Below, piece by piece: positions 36,498 to 49,725 of a stretch of DNA of 64,000 nucleotides. A model generated the notes under the pieces. That model ran no database searches, had not been told where the DNA came from, and was given only the letters and a program-made list of their open reading frames with translations. How positions within the stretch are numbered: the first letter of the stretch is position 1; each line of letters starts with the position of its first letter. A program made the position numbers and the translations under genes. This DNA is from Octopus sinensis (Eukaryota): the NCBI RefSeq assembly GCF_006345805.1, contig NC_043003.1:3782001-3846000 (forward strand). The letters are read 5' to 3'.

Positions 36498-36906
36498 CTC
36501 TTTCTCTTTCTCTGTTACTTGTTTCAGTCATTTGACTGCGGCCATGCTGGAGCACCGCCTTTAGTCGAGCAAATCGACCCCGGGACTTATTCTTTGTAAG
36601 CCCAGAACTTATTCTATCGGTCTCTTTTTGCCGAACCGCTAAGTGACGGGGACGTAAACACACCAGCATCGGTTGTCAAGCAATGCTAGGGGGACAAACA
36701 CAGACACACAAACACACATACATATATATATATACATATATACGACAGGCTTCTTTCAGTTTCCGTCTACCAAATCCACTCACAAGGCATTGGTCGGCCC
36801 GGGGCTATAGCAGAAGACACTTGCCCAAGATGCCACGCAGTGGGACTGAACCCGGAACCATGAGGTTGGTTAGCAAGCTACTTACCACACAGCCACTCCT
36901 GCGCCT
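36495..36906 (-). mobile_element. SINE family B, full length, near consensus
   Basis: Near-identical to 55853-56255 in reverse. Confidence 0.92.
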
Positions 36907-36923
36907 ATATATATATGTATATA

Positions 36924-37460
36924 TATTGTTAGATGCATATACTAATGTATATGCTTTATGTATTTTCCAGTGGCTGCAATGGCGTGGCAGAGTATATATC
37001 TCTCATGTCACCGGTGTTAAAACATCTTAGAGCCATGGACAGGCGAGATAACTCACCCTCAGTCCCGTTTGGGGGTGATGCACATCGATGTTTCGCCAGT
37101 TTTGTGACTTGTGAACACCACCTCTCCTGTTGGGCGAGTCAGCTAGCCTGTCCAACGACTTATATGCTCATGGCATATACCATTGCATGTCCAATTTCAG
37201 GTCATACCAGCTCATGATTTTACAAGCCATGAGCATATGTCATTGGACTGACTCGCCTTCAACCCAGCTGAGTTGTAGGTGGTGTTGATAAGCTACAAAA
37301 ATCGCGAAACATCGATGTCCACCACTCCCAAATGGGATTGAGGGTGAGTTATCTCGCCTGTCCACGGCTCTAAACGACATGAGTGCCATGTACTCCGCTA
37401 CGCCACTGCAGACACCGGAATATATACTAAACATATACATTAGTATATGCATTAACAATA
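36924..37460. repeat. Old diverged fold-back element (arms about 36924-37174 and 37226-37460)
   Basis: Colinear inverted blocks such as tggacaggcgagataactcaccctca, catcgatgtttcgc, atatgctcatggc. Confidence 0.8.
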
Positions 37461-37547
37461 TTTATATACTAGAGCTGCTTTTACTTCACGCACACGCACA
37501 CACACACACACACACAACACACACACACACCACACACACACACCACA

Positions 37548-37579
<32 letters not shown>

Positions 37580-37580
37580 G

Positions 37581-37629
<49 letters not shown>

Positions 37630-37696
37630 GTATATATATATATATTAAATATATGCTTTAATGTTTATATGAATGCATGTATGTATGTATGTATTG

Positions 37697-37728
<32 letters not shown>

Positions 37729-37819
37729 TATATAATATATATATAACACATAATACATACATACATACATACATACATACATACATACATACATGCATTC
37801 ATATAAACATTAAAACTCA

Positions 37820-38815
37820 GAAGATCCTCATAGCAACATTAAGAGATATCTCTTTGAGGATTTAAAAAGCTTTGAAATATGTACAATGCTGAAAACAGCT
37901 GGATTTAATCACAAAGGATAGAGTTAGGCCGAAAGAAGCATTTGGGTTCTTCAGACCACAAATATTTTGCATTGATGGGTTCTCCGTTACCCCTGTTCCA
38001 CACTGCGTGTGACACACAGAGCTGGATCTTGATGGAAATATATCATATAGTGACCATATGAATTGTGATAGTGTAGCTAGAATGTTTTCACCTCACAACA
38101 AGATGATATCCCACAATGCATTTGTAGTAAACTTGCTGATATCAGCATTGGGGTATTTGACTCGCCTAAAAACGAAATACACTCCAAAGACATTAAAGTC
38201 TATGATAGCTTGAGGGGAGGGCGTCAGATGCTGACTATATGCCTTACGTCCTCCAGAAAAGAGTGATACATTCGACATTTGCGATTGCTTCTTGCGAGTT
38301 TAAGGACTCGTGGTTCTTACCTGCTTTTCAGTATCAAAATCATATTCTTCGAGATGTGATTAGATGCAGCGGTCACGAGCCTGAGAGAAGCTACACTTCA
38401 CACTAATATTATCATCCTTCACAAGTTTACGGGGAATATACACACCGCATAACATTATTGTGTTATGCAGAGTATTTCTCTTCCAGGTTTTGGTTGAAAT
38501 ATACCAGTCTGGCACTTCTGGTTTCATGTGGGAGATCCTCAGGAAATACGTCTGCACCATATTCTTCACCTCGTTTTGGAATATTTGGTTGATGATTTTA
38601 TCTTTGCTGCTATTCTTAAACAGATGCTCCCCGAGTGATTCTCTGACGACACTCGAAGACTCTTTGTACAAATCTTAAACCTCTCCCTTCCATTTTCCGT
38701 CTGAGATACAATCTGTCGCTTTTGCTCTTTCTGTGGAAATTTGCTGTTGATGTCAGGGTCTTACATGTTCCAATGTCTATGGAGCCACGACTTTCCTCTC
38801 TAGACAAGTCGACTC
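37820..38815 (-). pseudogene. Dong/R4-type LINE fragment (RT thumb to zinc knuckle)
   Basis: KTLTSTANFHRKSKSDRLYLRRKMEGRGL and degenerate downstream motifs. Confidence 0.75.
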
Positions 38816-39382
38816 TCCCAAACATCGCTTTCGAAATTTGGCCCAAAGCCAGAAATTTCGAGAAAGGGCATAAATCAATGACACTGACACCAGTACTCTA
38901 CTGGTACTTATTTTTTATCGACTCTGAAAAGATGAAAGTAAAAGTTGACCTCGGCGTAATTTGAACTCAGAACATAGAAACGGACGAAAAGCCGCTAAAC
39001 ACTTTGCCTGGTGCGGCAGCGATTCCGCCAACACGCCGCCTTGAATGTCCCAAGTATTGCTAATAGTCTATGTACTGAAAATGCATTGTGGTTTATTGTG
39101 TATTGTAAAAGGAAAACTCTGACTGTTGTGTCTTTTTAGCCTGCTGCATCTGCTACAATATTCTTCGGTTACTTTGTCTTTATTTACGATGCCATTGATA
39201 TATTTTCATTCATACCCAAGGATTTGCAACATATTTTGTGCAACTGGGGAAATAGAGAGAGGCCATTAACGGGAAGATTTTGTTTTGGAGACAATCTTTT
39301 CACGTCTAATTGTTAGCTATAAACATTTCATTTGGCCAAATTCCATCCCTGTATCAGGGAAAAATGTGATTAAACCCAGCTG

Positions 39383-39414
<32 letters not shown>

Positions 39415-39695
39415 TGTATGTATGTATGTATGTATGTATGTATGTGTGTGTGTGTGTGTGTCCGTGTATGTGTGCGTATTTATGTATGTGTGTGTGTGTG
39501 TGTGTCCGTGTATGTGTTCGTATTTATGTGTGTGTATGTGTTTGTATGTATGTATGTATGAATGTATGTACATACGTATACTAAATATGTGTGTGTGTAG
39601 TACCCCCCCCCCAAACGAACAAACACAAAAAAAACAACGCGTGGGCGTGGTACATTTAAAGTATTAACAGACGCTCAGGGAAGGAAAGAAAGGTA

Positions 39696-39730
39696 GTTTT
39701 ACATTTCGAGCAGTGCTCTTCTTCAGAAAC
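39696..39730 (-). ncRNA. Minimal type I hammerhead with canonical core plus extra A
   Basis: Minus strand GTTT CTGAAGA A GAGC act GCTC GAAA TG TA AAAC. Confidence 0.75.
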
Positions 39731-39811
39731 AGGAGATAGAGGAAAGTCCAAGAGAAAAGGAAGACGGAGGGAAAACATCGCCAACGATTCACATGTGGTT
39801 ATATTTTGAAA

Positions 39812-39873
<62 letters not shown>

Positions 39874-40675
39874 ATGTATGCATGTATGTATGCATATATA
39901 TATATTTGTATGCATGTATGTGTGTACATATGTCTGTATGGAGGTACGTAGGTCGGTCGGTAGCAACATATGTACGTGCAGGTATTCCCATGTTTAATTC
40001 ATGTGCAACTCTCAACATCAGCGTTAAGTGAGAATTGAAATCATAATCAATAATTTGCTAAGAAAATAAAAAACAAAACTGACTCTACATCTGCTCCACA
40101 TCAATATATCTGTATTTTTAGCAAATAAATATAATTCGATGTAGTAAACAATTTGTTCGGTGAAAGCTGAGAATCAGTCATTTCATAAATGATCCATGTC
40201 TTTTGACTTCCTTCTCTCGGTTCAAAAGAAAGACACACTTGAGAAGGTTAGCATCGTTGCTGTTCCCATTGTTTGTCCGTGGGTCACGTTTTATTAAGAA
40301 CTTTCATTAAAACGTTCACCAGAAGTGATAACCTCGCCCCGCATTATTTGGCGGTAGGTGTTTTGCTGCAGCGTAAGTCACACCTCGTTCTTATTTGCTG
40401 CCGAGTCAGGTTAAATTTGACAGTTTTAGCAATAAAACAGTAGCTGATTAATATATTCATTTGGTTGCCTAGACAATCAGTTATCTTATAAATCGCCGAT
40501 TATCTGTCATCGAGCGGAGACACCTCGTTAATGTCCGAATTGGAGTGTTATTACAGAAAGTCACGTAAACAATTAATTTTCAGGAGACATCAAAGAGTGA
40601 CGATGTAAGAAAATAGAAATCTTTATATTTTAGATCGCACACACACACACACACACACACCACACACACACACAC

Positions 40676-40713
<38 letters not shown>

Positions 40714-40842
40714 TACACACACACACACACACATACACACAATCAAACACACACATATACACATACACACGCTCAACTCACGCAAACACACACACGCAAA
40801 TACACACAAATAGAGAGGGAGAGACAGAAAGAAAGAGAGAGA

Positions 40843-40882
<40 letters not shown>

Positions 40883-40886
40883 AGCT

Positions 40887-40919
<33 letters not shown>

Positions 40920-41040
40920 GCATACAGAGGGCTCACATAACCTTTATCTAATTTTAAATCATTTTTGTTACTGTTTAACTTACAGAACATTTACTGAAAG
41001 GACCCGCTTAAGTGTTGAAATGCCTTACGTGCTCTCTTTT

Positions 41041-41109
<69 letters not shown>

Positions 41110-41406
41110 CGTCTCTCTTTCTCTAACTCTCTATAAATATATATATATATATATATATATGTATACGTCTCTCTCCCTTCTCTCTCTCTCTCTAAATATG
41201 TATACATACATACATATGTGTGTGTGTGTGAGTGTGTCTACTTAGTTTTTTTTCCGCCCCGTTGTATTGTCACCCTTCCTATTCTGCATTTACGAAAGCA
41301 TTCGCATTATAAAACTGTTTATTTACCCAGTTCTTTTGCTTAAATGACTACATATTCGTGTAATTACCAACTGTGAACCACCACCCACCCCCTGCAACCC
41401 ACCCCC

Positions 41407-41442
<36 letters not shown>

Positions 41443-41610
41443 TATCTATGACATCACGATGATCTAGGTCACACACAATGCACTTACATGTTATACTTTG
41501 ATATCAAGCTTATCAGTATTTGGAGATTACTGGGAAATACTTTACAAGGACAGATTTACAGATAAAAAAAATATATATATATATATGTATACATACATAA
41601 AAAAGAGGGT

Positions 41611-41648
<38 letters not shown>

Positions 41649-41981
41649 GCGGATATAAGGACAGCGAATGTGATTTTCGACATCAGCATGCACGAATACA
41701 TCGAAACCCGTTTTTTTGGGGGGGTTTTTTTTCACATTATCTGGAGAAATACTTCAAGGTAAAATGGCTGACCTTGAAGAAGCGAGGAATTTGGTAGGTT
41801 TAGCTTTGAAGCAATGGTAAATGATTTTGAATTGTTTTATTGGCAATATTTTGCTCCCCACCTTTAATAGCTGGGTGCCAAACAGGCTGAGCAAAAGAGT
41901 GTGCTTTTGGGGTTTTTTTTTTTTCTGCAATCATACCAGGATTTACCATTCTCTTATTCTAAATCTCCTGCAGTAAAGGCA

Positions 41982-42226
41982 AGTGGCCCGGTGGCCAGGC
42001 ATGATGCACTCATAATCGCAACATTGTGGTGCATCTTCAATTCACGCCACTGCAGTCCATTTATGTGTTATTGAGCAACCGTGCAACCGACTGGCTTCCG
42101 GTCCCGGGGGAAAATGTTGTGATCTCGGTTGCTTATATGCCATGAAAACTGGTTAACTGGCCCCTATGAGTCATAGGACTGGAGACAAGAATGCCTAAAA
42201 ATTGATGATGATGATGATGATGATGA
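41982..42226 (+). mobile_element. Ancient tRNA-derived SINE-like relic ending in (GAT)n
   Basis: A-box-like TGGCCCGGTGG, ctcataatc anticodon-like loop, degenerate B box, simple-repeat tail. Confidence 0.45.
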
Positions 42227-42963
42227 AGTCTGCTGCTAAAAATTGCTATTACAATCTTAATGGTAGGAAATAATGAGCCAGTATGGATTGACTGAATCGC
42301 TACAGCTGCGAGCAAAGTACCTGATAATATTGAGTCGATAGGGCATTCTATAACCACTGTCCTTCCGTACTTGTATCCCTTACTCTCTCTCTCTCTCTCT
42401 TAAACATACACACACACACACATCCATATGAAAACGACTTACACACGCCAATTTATCAATATATTACTTGCAGTTTTTTTTTTTTTTTGTACAGAAATGT
42501 TTGCTCAGACGGTAATGTTCTTGTTCAAGTCACACAACCAGTTTCAACCAATCAGAACGCTTCCTGTTTTGGTGCGGTCGACCACTTCCCTTGTAAACCC
42601 ACAAATTCTTTTTAAGGATGCCATATAAATAAATGTTAATCTGAGAAGGTTAAAACCTTTCAATGTAGCCGCTGTTTCGTACTCAATTCTTTCGTTTCCA
42701 ACTTTTGGTAGAGATTTTGTTTCTAACAACAGATGGAGATTCAGTAACTTCTCGCTGAACACATTATTTGTTTACTCTTTCACTCTTTTACTTGTTTCAG
42801 TCATTTGTCCGCGACCATGCTGGAGCACCGCCTTTAGTCGAGTAAATCGACCCCAGGACTTATTCTTTCGAAGCCTAGTACTTATTCTATCGGTCTCTTT
42901 TGACGAACCGCTAAGTTACGGGGACGCGAACACACCACCATCGGTTGTCAAATGATATATATA

Positions 42964-43022
<59 letters not shown>

Positions 43023-43715
43023 CAGTTCGGCAAGAAGTGGCGGTAGACTCGTTCAACTAAAATTCATCAAGACGGTGCTCCAGCAAGGCTGCAGTCTAAT
43101 GACAGAAGCAAGTAAAAGATAAAAGACTCTCTCTCTCTCTCTGTCTCTCTCCCTCTCTGTCTGTCTCTCTCCCTCTCTGTCTGTCTCCCCCCCCCCCCAT
43201 ATACGTGTGTCTGTGTGTGTCGTCCATGTTTAGTTGTTAAAAGTGTTTAGGCTCTGATACATCCACTCGTCACAAGCAGGGTTTACCAATCCGGATGTTT
43301 AATGGGGGATTTCGCCAACAGATCACTTGATTTAGAGGATACGACTGATAACAGTTGAGTCATTTACATAAAGCTCGCTAAGTTTTTCAAGGAGTCACAT
43401 GTTTTCTGGCGTCAGTTTCTCTCCATTCTGAAAGTGCTGCAGCGGGTAACCAGAATGTATAAGCTATACACAGCTTTAGACGCATTTATCTGTCTGTGGT
43501 GGTGGTGGTGTTCTTTCTCGGATAATTGTCGAAAGACTTCTAAGCCTCAAATTACTTACGTCTCCAAATTACTTACTCGCCAAAGCTCAGGCTGCGGCCC
43601 TTAATGGAAAACTGCTTCTCCACATCTGGAATTGTGGTACTGATACATAGAGGAGAGAAAAGGCAAGAGAGTTACACACACCCTAGTTTTATCTATCTAT
43701 CCATCTGTTCATCAG

Positions 43716-43746
<31 letters not shown>

Positions 43747-43813
43747 GTCTGTCTGTTTGTCTATCTATCTGTTTGTCTATCTATATATATGTCTGTATAT
43801 ATATATATATGTG

Positions 43814-43862
<49 letters not shown>

Positions 43863-43911
43863 AATATATATATATATATGTATATATATATATGTGTATA
43901 TATATATATGT

Positions 43912-43948
<37 letters not shown>

Positions 43949-43962
43949 TATGTATATATATG

Positions 43963-44014
<52 letters not shown>

Positions 44015-44133
44015 ATATATATAGATATATATATATATATATGTATAAGGGTGGAAAGGAACACACGAGTTGATATATATGAAAAAACAAGTCAAAAATA
44101 GAAAATGCTAAGATAATTTTATAGTGAATCTTT

Positions 44134-44171
44134 CAGTACCGGTTTCGGTCATTTTGAGACCTTTTCAACTG
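44134..44171 (-). ncRNA. Type I hammerhead motif with U3-A8 covariation
   Basis: Minus strand CAG TTGAAAA GGTC tcaaaat GACC GAAA CCGG TA CTG; stem III palindrome ACCGGT. Confidence 0.75.
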
Positions 44172-44818
44172 TAACGATTAAATAATTAAATTTAGAAAAA
44201 TTAGAAGAAAAGTTTTTTTAAAAGAATATTTCTGTAGTAGTATTCAGATATAAGTAGCATTCTGCCTTTCTCTGACTCCCTTGTTTGCACTTGTGTGTTC
44301 GAGGTCGTTTTGAGTTCTTGGTAGGATAGGTGAAGAATAAGGAGGCTGATGTGAAGAGGGGGTGGGGAAATCTGGGAATGCCTTAATGGTCGTATTTTGA
44401 ATGGTCAGTGGCTGACAGTAGTCGCAGTTCAATTCAGGAATTGTTTATGTAATTTGCGTAGGCGTTATACTGAAAGACATTAGTGACAAGGTTAAGGGGT
44501 GGAAGGTGGAGAAGTAGAAGAAGAAGATGACGATGTTGATGCTGATGATGAAGAAGAAGAAGAAGAAGAAGAAGAAGAAGAAGAAGAAGAAGAAGAGAAG
44601 GAGAAGATGGTGGTGATGATGGTGGTGATGATGATGACGACGATGATGATGATAATGATGATGATGAAGAAGAAGAGGAAGAAGAAGAAGAAAAAAACAG
44701 AGAAGGGAGAATATGAATGGGTGTAAGTATAGCTGTGGTGGGGCTGATTAGTAATGGATTCTATGGAGTGTAATATTTGTGTGTGTATATATTTCTTTTA
44801 TTCTAAAGTTGAGGTATA

Positions 44819-46071
44819 TTAATTGTTTGTCGTAGACCCGTTAAGAAGTGGGCTGTATTTTGTAATAAAGAGATTTTCTTTACTTATTCGTTGTCTCGAG
44901 GTTGTATCGTCCCTAAATTGGTAGAGGGGGAAAATCCTGAAGTTTGGTGTTTTTTTGTTGGCGCAAGTATCTATGTGTTGGCTAAAAGCTATTTTTCTGT
45001 TTTGGGGAATTTTTATCTGGGATCTGTGCAGGGCCATTCGTTTACGCAAACCATTTTTGTTTGGCCTATGTACTGCTCTTGACACCCGGAGCAGGTTAGT
45101 GAGTATATTAGGTTCTCCGAAGCACATGTGAAGTTGCTTTTCACTGTAAACCGTTGTCCCTGTTTGAAGGAGAACTCTGATCTCTCAATTAGATAGTCGC
45201 ATATCCCGCAATTGGGTCTTCCACATTTTTTTACTGTCGGCTTCTGTGTTGAAGAGTGAATTCGGGCTTGTGTTAGGAGACTTTTCATGGATCTAGGCTG
45301 TCTTTTGCTTTTTATGATCGTGTGTGTTTGGAGGATTGTGTTCATTCTGTGGTCTTTTTTTAGGAGGGGTATGTTGTGGAGGATGGTGCCGAAGGCTTCG
45401 TTATTGAGAGGGTTGTGTGTGGAGATGTATGGTAAGGCTTTTGGTTGTAAGTTTTTCTTTGATTTGGGATGTCTCAGTTCCTTGATGTTAAGTTGAAGGG
45501 CACGTTGAATGCACTTGTCAATAAGTGAAGGTGGATAGTTCCTGGTGATAAGGGTATCTTTTAGTTCTTGTAGTCGTGTGTCTCTGGTGTTTGCGTTAGA
45601 GACTATAGTACATATCCTTTTTGCTAGATTGAAGGGGATATTCATCCTGGTGTGTCTGGGGTGGCATGAATTGAATGGAAGATATTGCTTAGAGTCTATA
45701 GGCTTATAGTATATGTCTGTTTCTATTATATTATTAGCTTTCTTAATGAGGATATCGAGGAAGGGGAGTTGTTGCTGGCTATATTCCATCGTGAATTGGA
45801 TGTTTACGTCCAGTCCGTTTAAAATTTCCTGGAATTCTATGAGTTTTTCTATATTTTTATGCCAAAGAATGAAACAGTCATCTAGATATCTCTTCCAGTT
45901 GTTTTCTATGTAGATGGAGAAAGGGCTGCCATATCTTTCTAGAACCTTACGATACAGACTGATCTCTAGGTATCCTATGACTAGGTTGGCAAAGGAGGGG
46001 GCCATTCGTGTACCCATCGCAGTCCCCGATTTTTGTCGGTAGAAGTTGTCATTGAAGGCGAAGAAGTTATA

Positions 46072-46072
<1 letters not shown>
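44819..46072 (-). pseudogene. PLE reverse transcriptase C-terminal half plus GIY-YIG endonuclease, one -1 frameshift in an A5 run at 45054-45058
   Basis: FYRQKSGTAMGTRMAPSFANL, RYLDDCF, LPFLD, SCHPRH, KCGRPNCGIC, NLIY.LTC..C..QYIGQT, LRKRMALHRSQI, KENLFI.KY.P.LN. Confidence 0.95.
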
Positions 46073-46120
<48 letters not shown>

Positions 46121-46130
46121 CAACAATTTT

Positions 46131-46757
46131 TACTTTGCCGCATACTGAACTCATTACAAATAGTAGCTAAAAAAACTTTTTTAAAACTATTTCTAATACT
46201 TATTTTACTAAGCCCTTTTATATAATGTAATAATTTGAATTCGCCTTAAATGGTCCCTTTGCATACTGAATACTTGGTGAAATTGATTAATAATTAATTA
46301 ATTTTACCCTCAATTGTTGAAATTATAATTCATCTCTCTCTATTTAATGCCTCGGATTTTACCGAAAAAAGCATAGTGTTTACTGATTTTAACCCACGCT
46401 GGTGGAAAGGGGAGAGCAAAAATTCTTCGCTTGCATATTTGAGTTTGCTGGCACTGTTAGTTTCGAGCAGATCTTCAGAAGCGATAAGAAGCCGAAAGGG
46501 TATGCTCCCACTTTCAGTGTTTTCAAATCCAAACCAAGGAGTTCTGAGCTGATGATAGAAATGTCGAGTTGACTAATCTTGAAACGTACGTTCTCAAATA
46601 ACCTTTGCATTTGATTTTTTAATGTCTTTACCCCCATACTTTCGTGAGTTGAATTGAGCAAACACTATATGAGAGAGGTTTTCTTTAAGTATTAGAAATA
46701 GCTTTAAAAAAGTTTTTTTAGCTACTATTTCTAATGAGTTCAGTTTGCGGCAAAGTA
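46131..46757. repeat. Element with about 72-bp inverted repeats (46131-46202 and 46686-46757)
   Basis: tactttgccgca-actgaactcatta-aaatagtagctaaaaaaac present in both orientations. Confidence 0.75.
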
Positions 46758-46778
46758 ATTTATTTTACTAAGCCCTTT

Positions 46779-46820
<42 letters not shown>

Positions 46821-47170
46821 ATTTCGTAGACAGAAACTTAAAGAAATCAATCGAATATATATATGTATGTATATATTTAAGTATATGTGTGTGACTTTGT
46901 TTTTGTGTTTCGCTCTCATCACTGCTTCACAACTGCTGTTCGTTTATTTACATCCCCATAACTTACTGTTTTCACAAGAAGGAACTAATAGAATAAGTAC
47001 CAGGCTTATCAACATAAAAAAGCACTACGCTGTGTATCATATTTTTGTTTGCCCATTCAGTTGTATCTATCAATTTATCTTTGTGTGTATATATATATAT
47101 ATAATACACACACGCGCCCGCACGCACACGCACATATATTTATACATGTATGTATATGTGTACATTCATA

Positions 47171-48834
47171 TTTATTATATCAAAGACAATGTCGTTATGT
47201 GTTCGTGTATTACTTATACATTCGAAAACTGCTGCACCGATCATAATGAAATTTGGAACACAAAAGCGAAGCCCAGGGAGAATGTGTTTCATACAATTTC
47301 ATGGACCAAAATTTCTGAATGGATCCTTATGATATTTGAAACTTAGATTCAATGCATAAGGGCGGGTATAATGCAATATGTTTGGTTTGAATTTCGGATG
47401 GCTTGAAGGGGGCAGAATCCCCCATGAAAATACATAAATTTTCGATGTTGATGAAATTTCAACCATGGGTAATTGACACACAAGAAGTATTCTCAAAGTT
47501 TCCAGTTCACATGAGGATTCTAAGACACCCTAATGGGGGCCTTAACTCCCAAATTTTAGTAATTTCTTTTATGATCCAAAACTAAGTCAAAAGTACTGAA
47601 TGGATCTTTACGAAATTTGGAAATTATATTCTACGCATAAGGGCCACAACCCCCATGACAATTCATATATTTTTGCTGTTGAGGAAATTTTAACCATATA
47701 TATTAGACACAAATGAAGTAATATTTATTAAATTTCATCTTACAAGTTATAAAGACCCCTCCATGGGGACTTAACACCCACAATTTTGTCATTTTATCAA
47801 AGCAAAAACGAATATAGTTGTGCTCTTGGAAACTGTAGGGTTACCCAAGCATAAAAGTTGAGCATTATTTGTAATTCAATGGTACAACAGTGTAACAGTT
47901 TTCTTTAACATATACTTAGATTGTGATTTCTGCAATGTGCTGCATAAATTGTCAAGTAAATGAGAAAATCTTTGCCTCCACTGATTCAGTTGCAAAGTGT
48001 TGAGTAAAGTTATTTGATTGCAGACCTCCTTTCAGTCTTTTAATTATCACTCGGTCACACATAGTCCCCAGATGGTAACATTGATTTCAAGGCTTTCCCA
48101 GATGAGTGACTGGTTATTCAAAGACATTTATAGATTGTAAATTTATTCTGTCCAGTTACGTATCAGTATAGTGGTCATGTGCAAACTCCAACTTTCATTT
48201 CTCCTTAGCCCTCACGTCACACAGTTGTTAATGTTTATTTCAGTTGGGTCACGCCCTTCCAATTGCTATAGATTCGTAATGCATCTTATGGCTGTGTCTG
48301 TCACCTGCATGGTGAGGAATCCTACACTGGGAGTGGTAACGACTAGGGTAGGGTTACTGACTGCTTATTGTGATCATTCGTCTTTTGGTTTCCTGTAGCT
48401 TTGCTCTCTTTTACAAACCCAGTGAACATATATTTCCTATTTCAAAGAAATTCAAACAATAGATGTAAGACTCAAGTAAAAAAGATTCTCAACAATTCAA
48501 CTTCCCTGGTTGACATTAAGATGCCCACCCCCAATAGGGGCCTTAACTCTCACATTTTAGAGCTCCATGACCTTCATTTTCAGGAGCAAAATCTTTTTAA
48601 CAGGTTCAATAAGACTGGAATTTTGGAATATGCGCATAAAAAATCAGTAGTATGGGATATATGTGGCACGATTACAATTTTTTTTGGGGGGGTGGTGTAA
48701 AGAGGAAAACAACCCTCATCTGCAATTTTGATGAAATTCGAAACAGATAATTCCAGTTCATTAGAGAAAATATAACAGAAAAGTCTAATTCTCCAATTGT
48801 ATGTAACACGGGCAACGCCGGGTATCTCTGCTAG
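47171..48834 (+). mobile_element. Non-autonomous Helitron of a second family, about 1.66 kb, with internal diverged repeats of about 280 bp
   Basis: 3' CACGGGCAACGCCGGGTATCTCTGCTAG|T; 5' end degenerate. Confidence 0.7.
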
Positions 48835-48855
48835 TATATATATATATATATATTA

Positions 48856-48889
<34 letters not shown>

Positions 48890-49349
48890 CATGTATGTAT
48901 GTATTCGATCTCCTTGCAGGTTAATATGTTGTCTTCGACCTACGACAAGCAACATTATCAACGTCTGCACTATCAGTATTTACCAATATTATCAGTGCCA
49001 TTGACACCACCATCGTTTTCATCATAACGTGTGTATATGGGTATATATATGCCTATGGGTTTAGGTGTGTATATATGTATATACTGTTGTGCTCCCACTC
49101 GGCCTTGGTCACACAGACAGATAATGAAATATGATCCGCAAGTGCCCATCACCTCATCGCCTATTTGCTACATTAGGAGCTACATTGCCCAATCCGTTCC
49201 TTTTCATTAAATACATTATTCTCTTAGTTGAAGGAAATTAGCTGCTATGTCTAGCAGGTTGACAGATATATATGAGTCTGTGTGCATATATGTATATGTG
49301 GATACATGAGCAATCGACTTTATATGCATGCGGAAAAGTATACAGATGC

Positions 49350-49725
49350 CAGCATGCGTGGTTGTGTGGTTAAAAAGCTCGCTTTGCAGCTACTTGAGTT
49401 TAGGTTCAATCCCATGGCATGGCACCTTGGACAAGTGTCTTCTACTACAGCTCTAGGTCGACCAATTCTTTGTGATTTAATTTGATAGACGGAAACTGTG
49501 TGGAAGCCAGTCCCATATGTGTGTACTAATATGTGTTTTTTTTTTGTTTCTATGTTTGTCACCCTTCTTACACTTGACAACCGGTGTTAGTTTGTATACG
49601 TCCTCTTAATCAAGCAGTTCGACAAAAGACAAGTTAGAATAAGTACCACACTTTAAATCTGTACTGGTATCGATCTATTTTTTCTAAAAGACTTGGCGGC
49701 AGTGCACCAGCATGGCCAGTCCACG
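49350..49725 (+). mobile_element. SINE family B, diverged
   Basis: Colinear with the B consensus. Confidence 0.8.

Larger units (their letters stand above)
44050..46072 (-). mobile_element. 5'-truncated Penelope-like element with 3' terminal region and hammerhead
   Basis: RT-GIY-YIG ORF followed by a UTR with microsatellites and a hammerhead; (TA)n at both ends. Confidence 0.9.

Noticed and set aside
41498-41797. Poly-Ser and poly-Ala ORFs over (CAG)n, including a signal-peptide-like minus-strand frame
   Set aside because: Explained by the trinucleotide tract and flanking microsatellites.
42070-42140. Hairpin AGCAACCG/CGGTTGCT as a pre-miRNA
   Set aside because: Lies inside a decayed SINE-like relic, has a large bulge and loop, and matches no miRNA I recognise.
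43604-44101. 165-aa ORF and the many similar YIYI, CVCV and THTH ORFs
   Set aside because: Translations of (TA)n and (CA)n tracts.
44499-44726. Acidic/basic low-complexity ORF
   Set aside because: (GAA)n and (GAT)n microsatellites within the PLE 3' region.
45013-46017. Selenoprotein-type PLE
   Set aside because: No in-frame TGA in the retained ORF and no clear SECIS in the 3' region.
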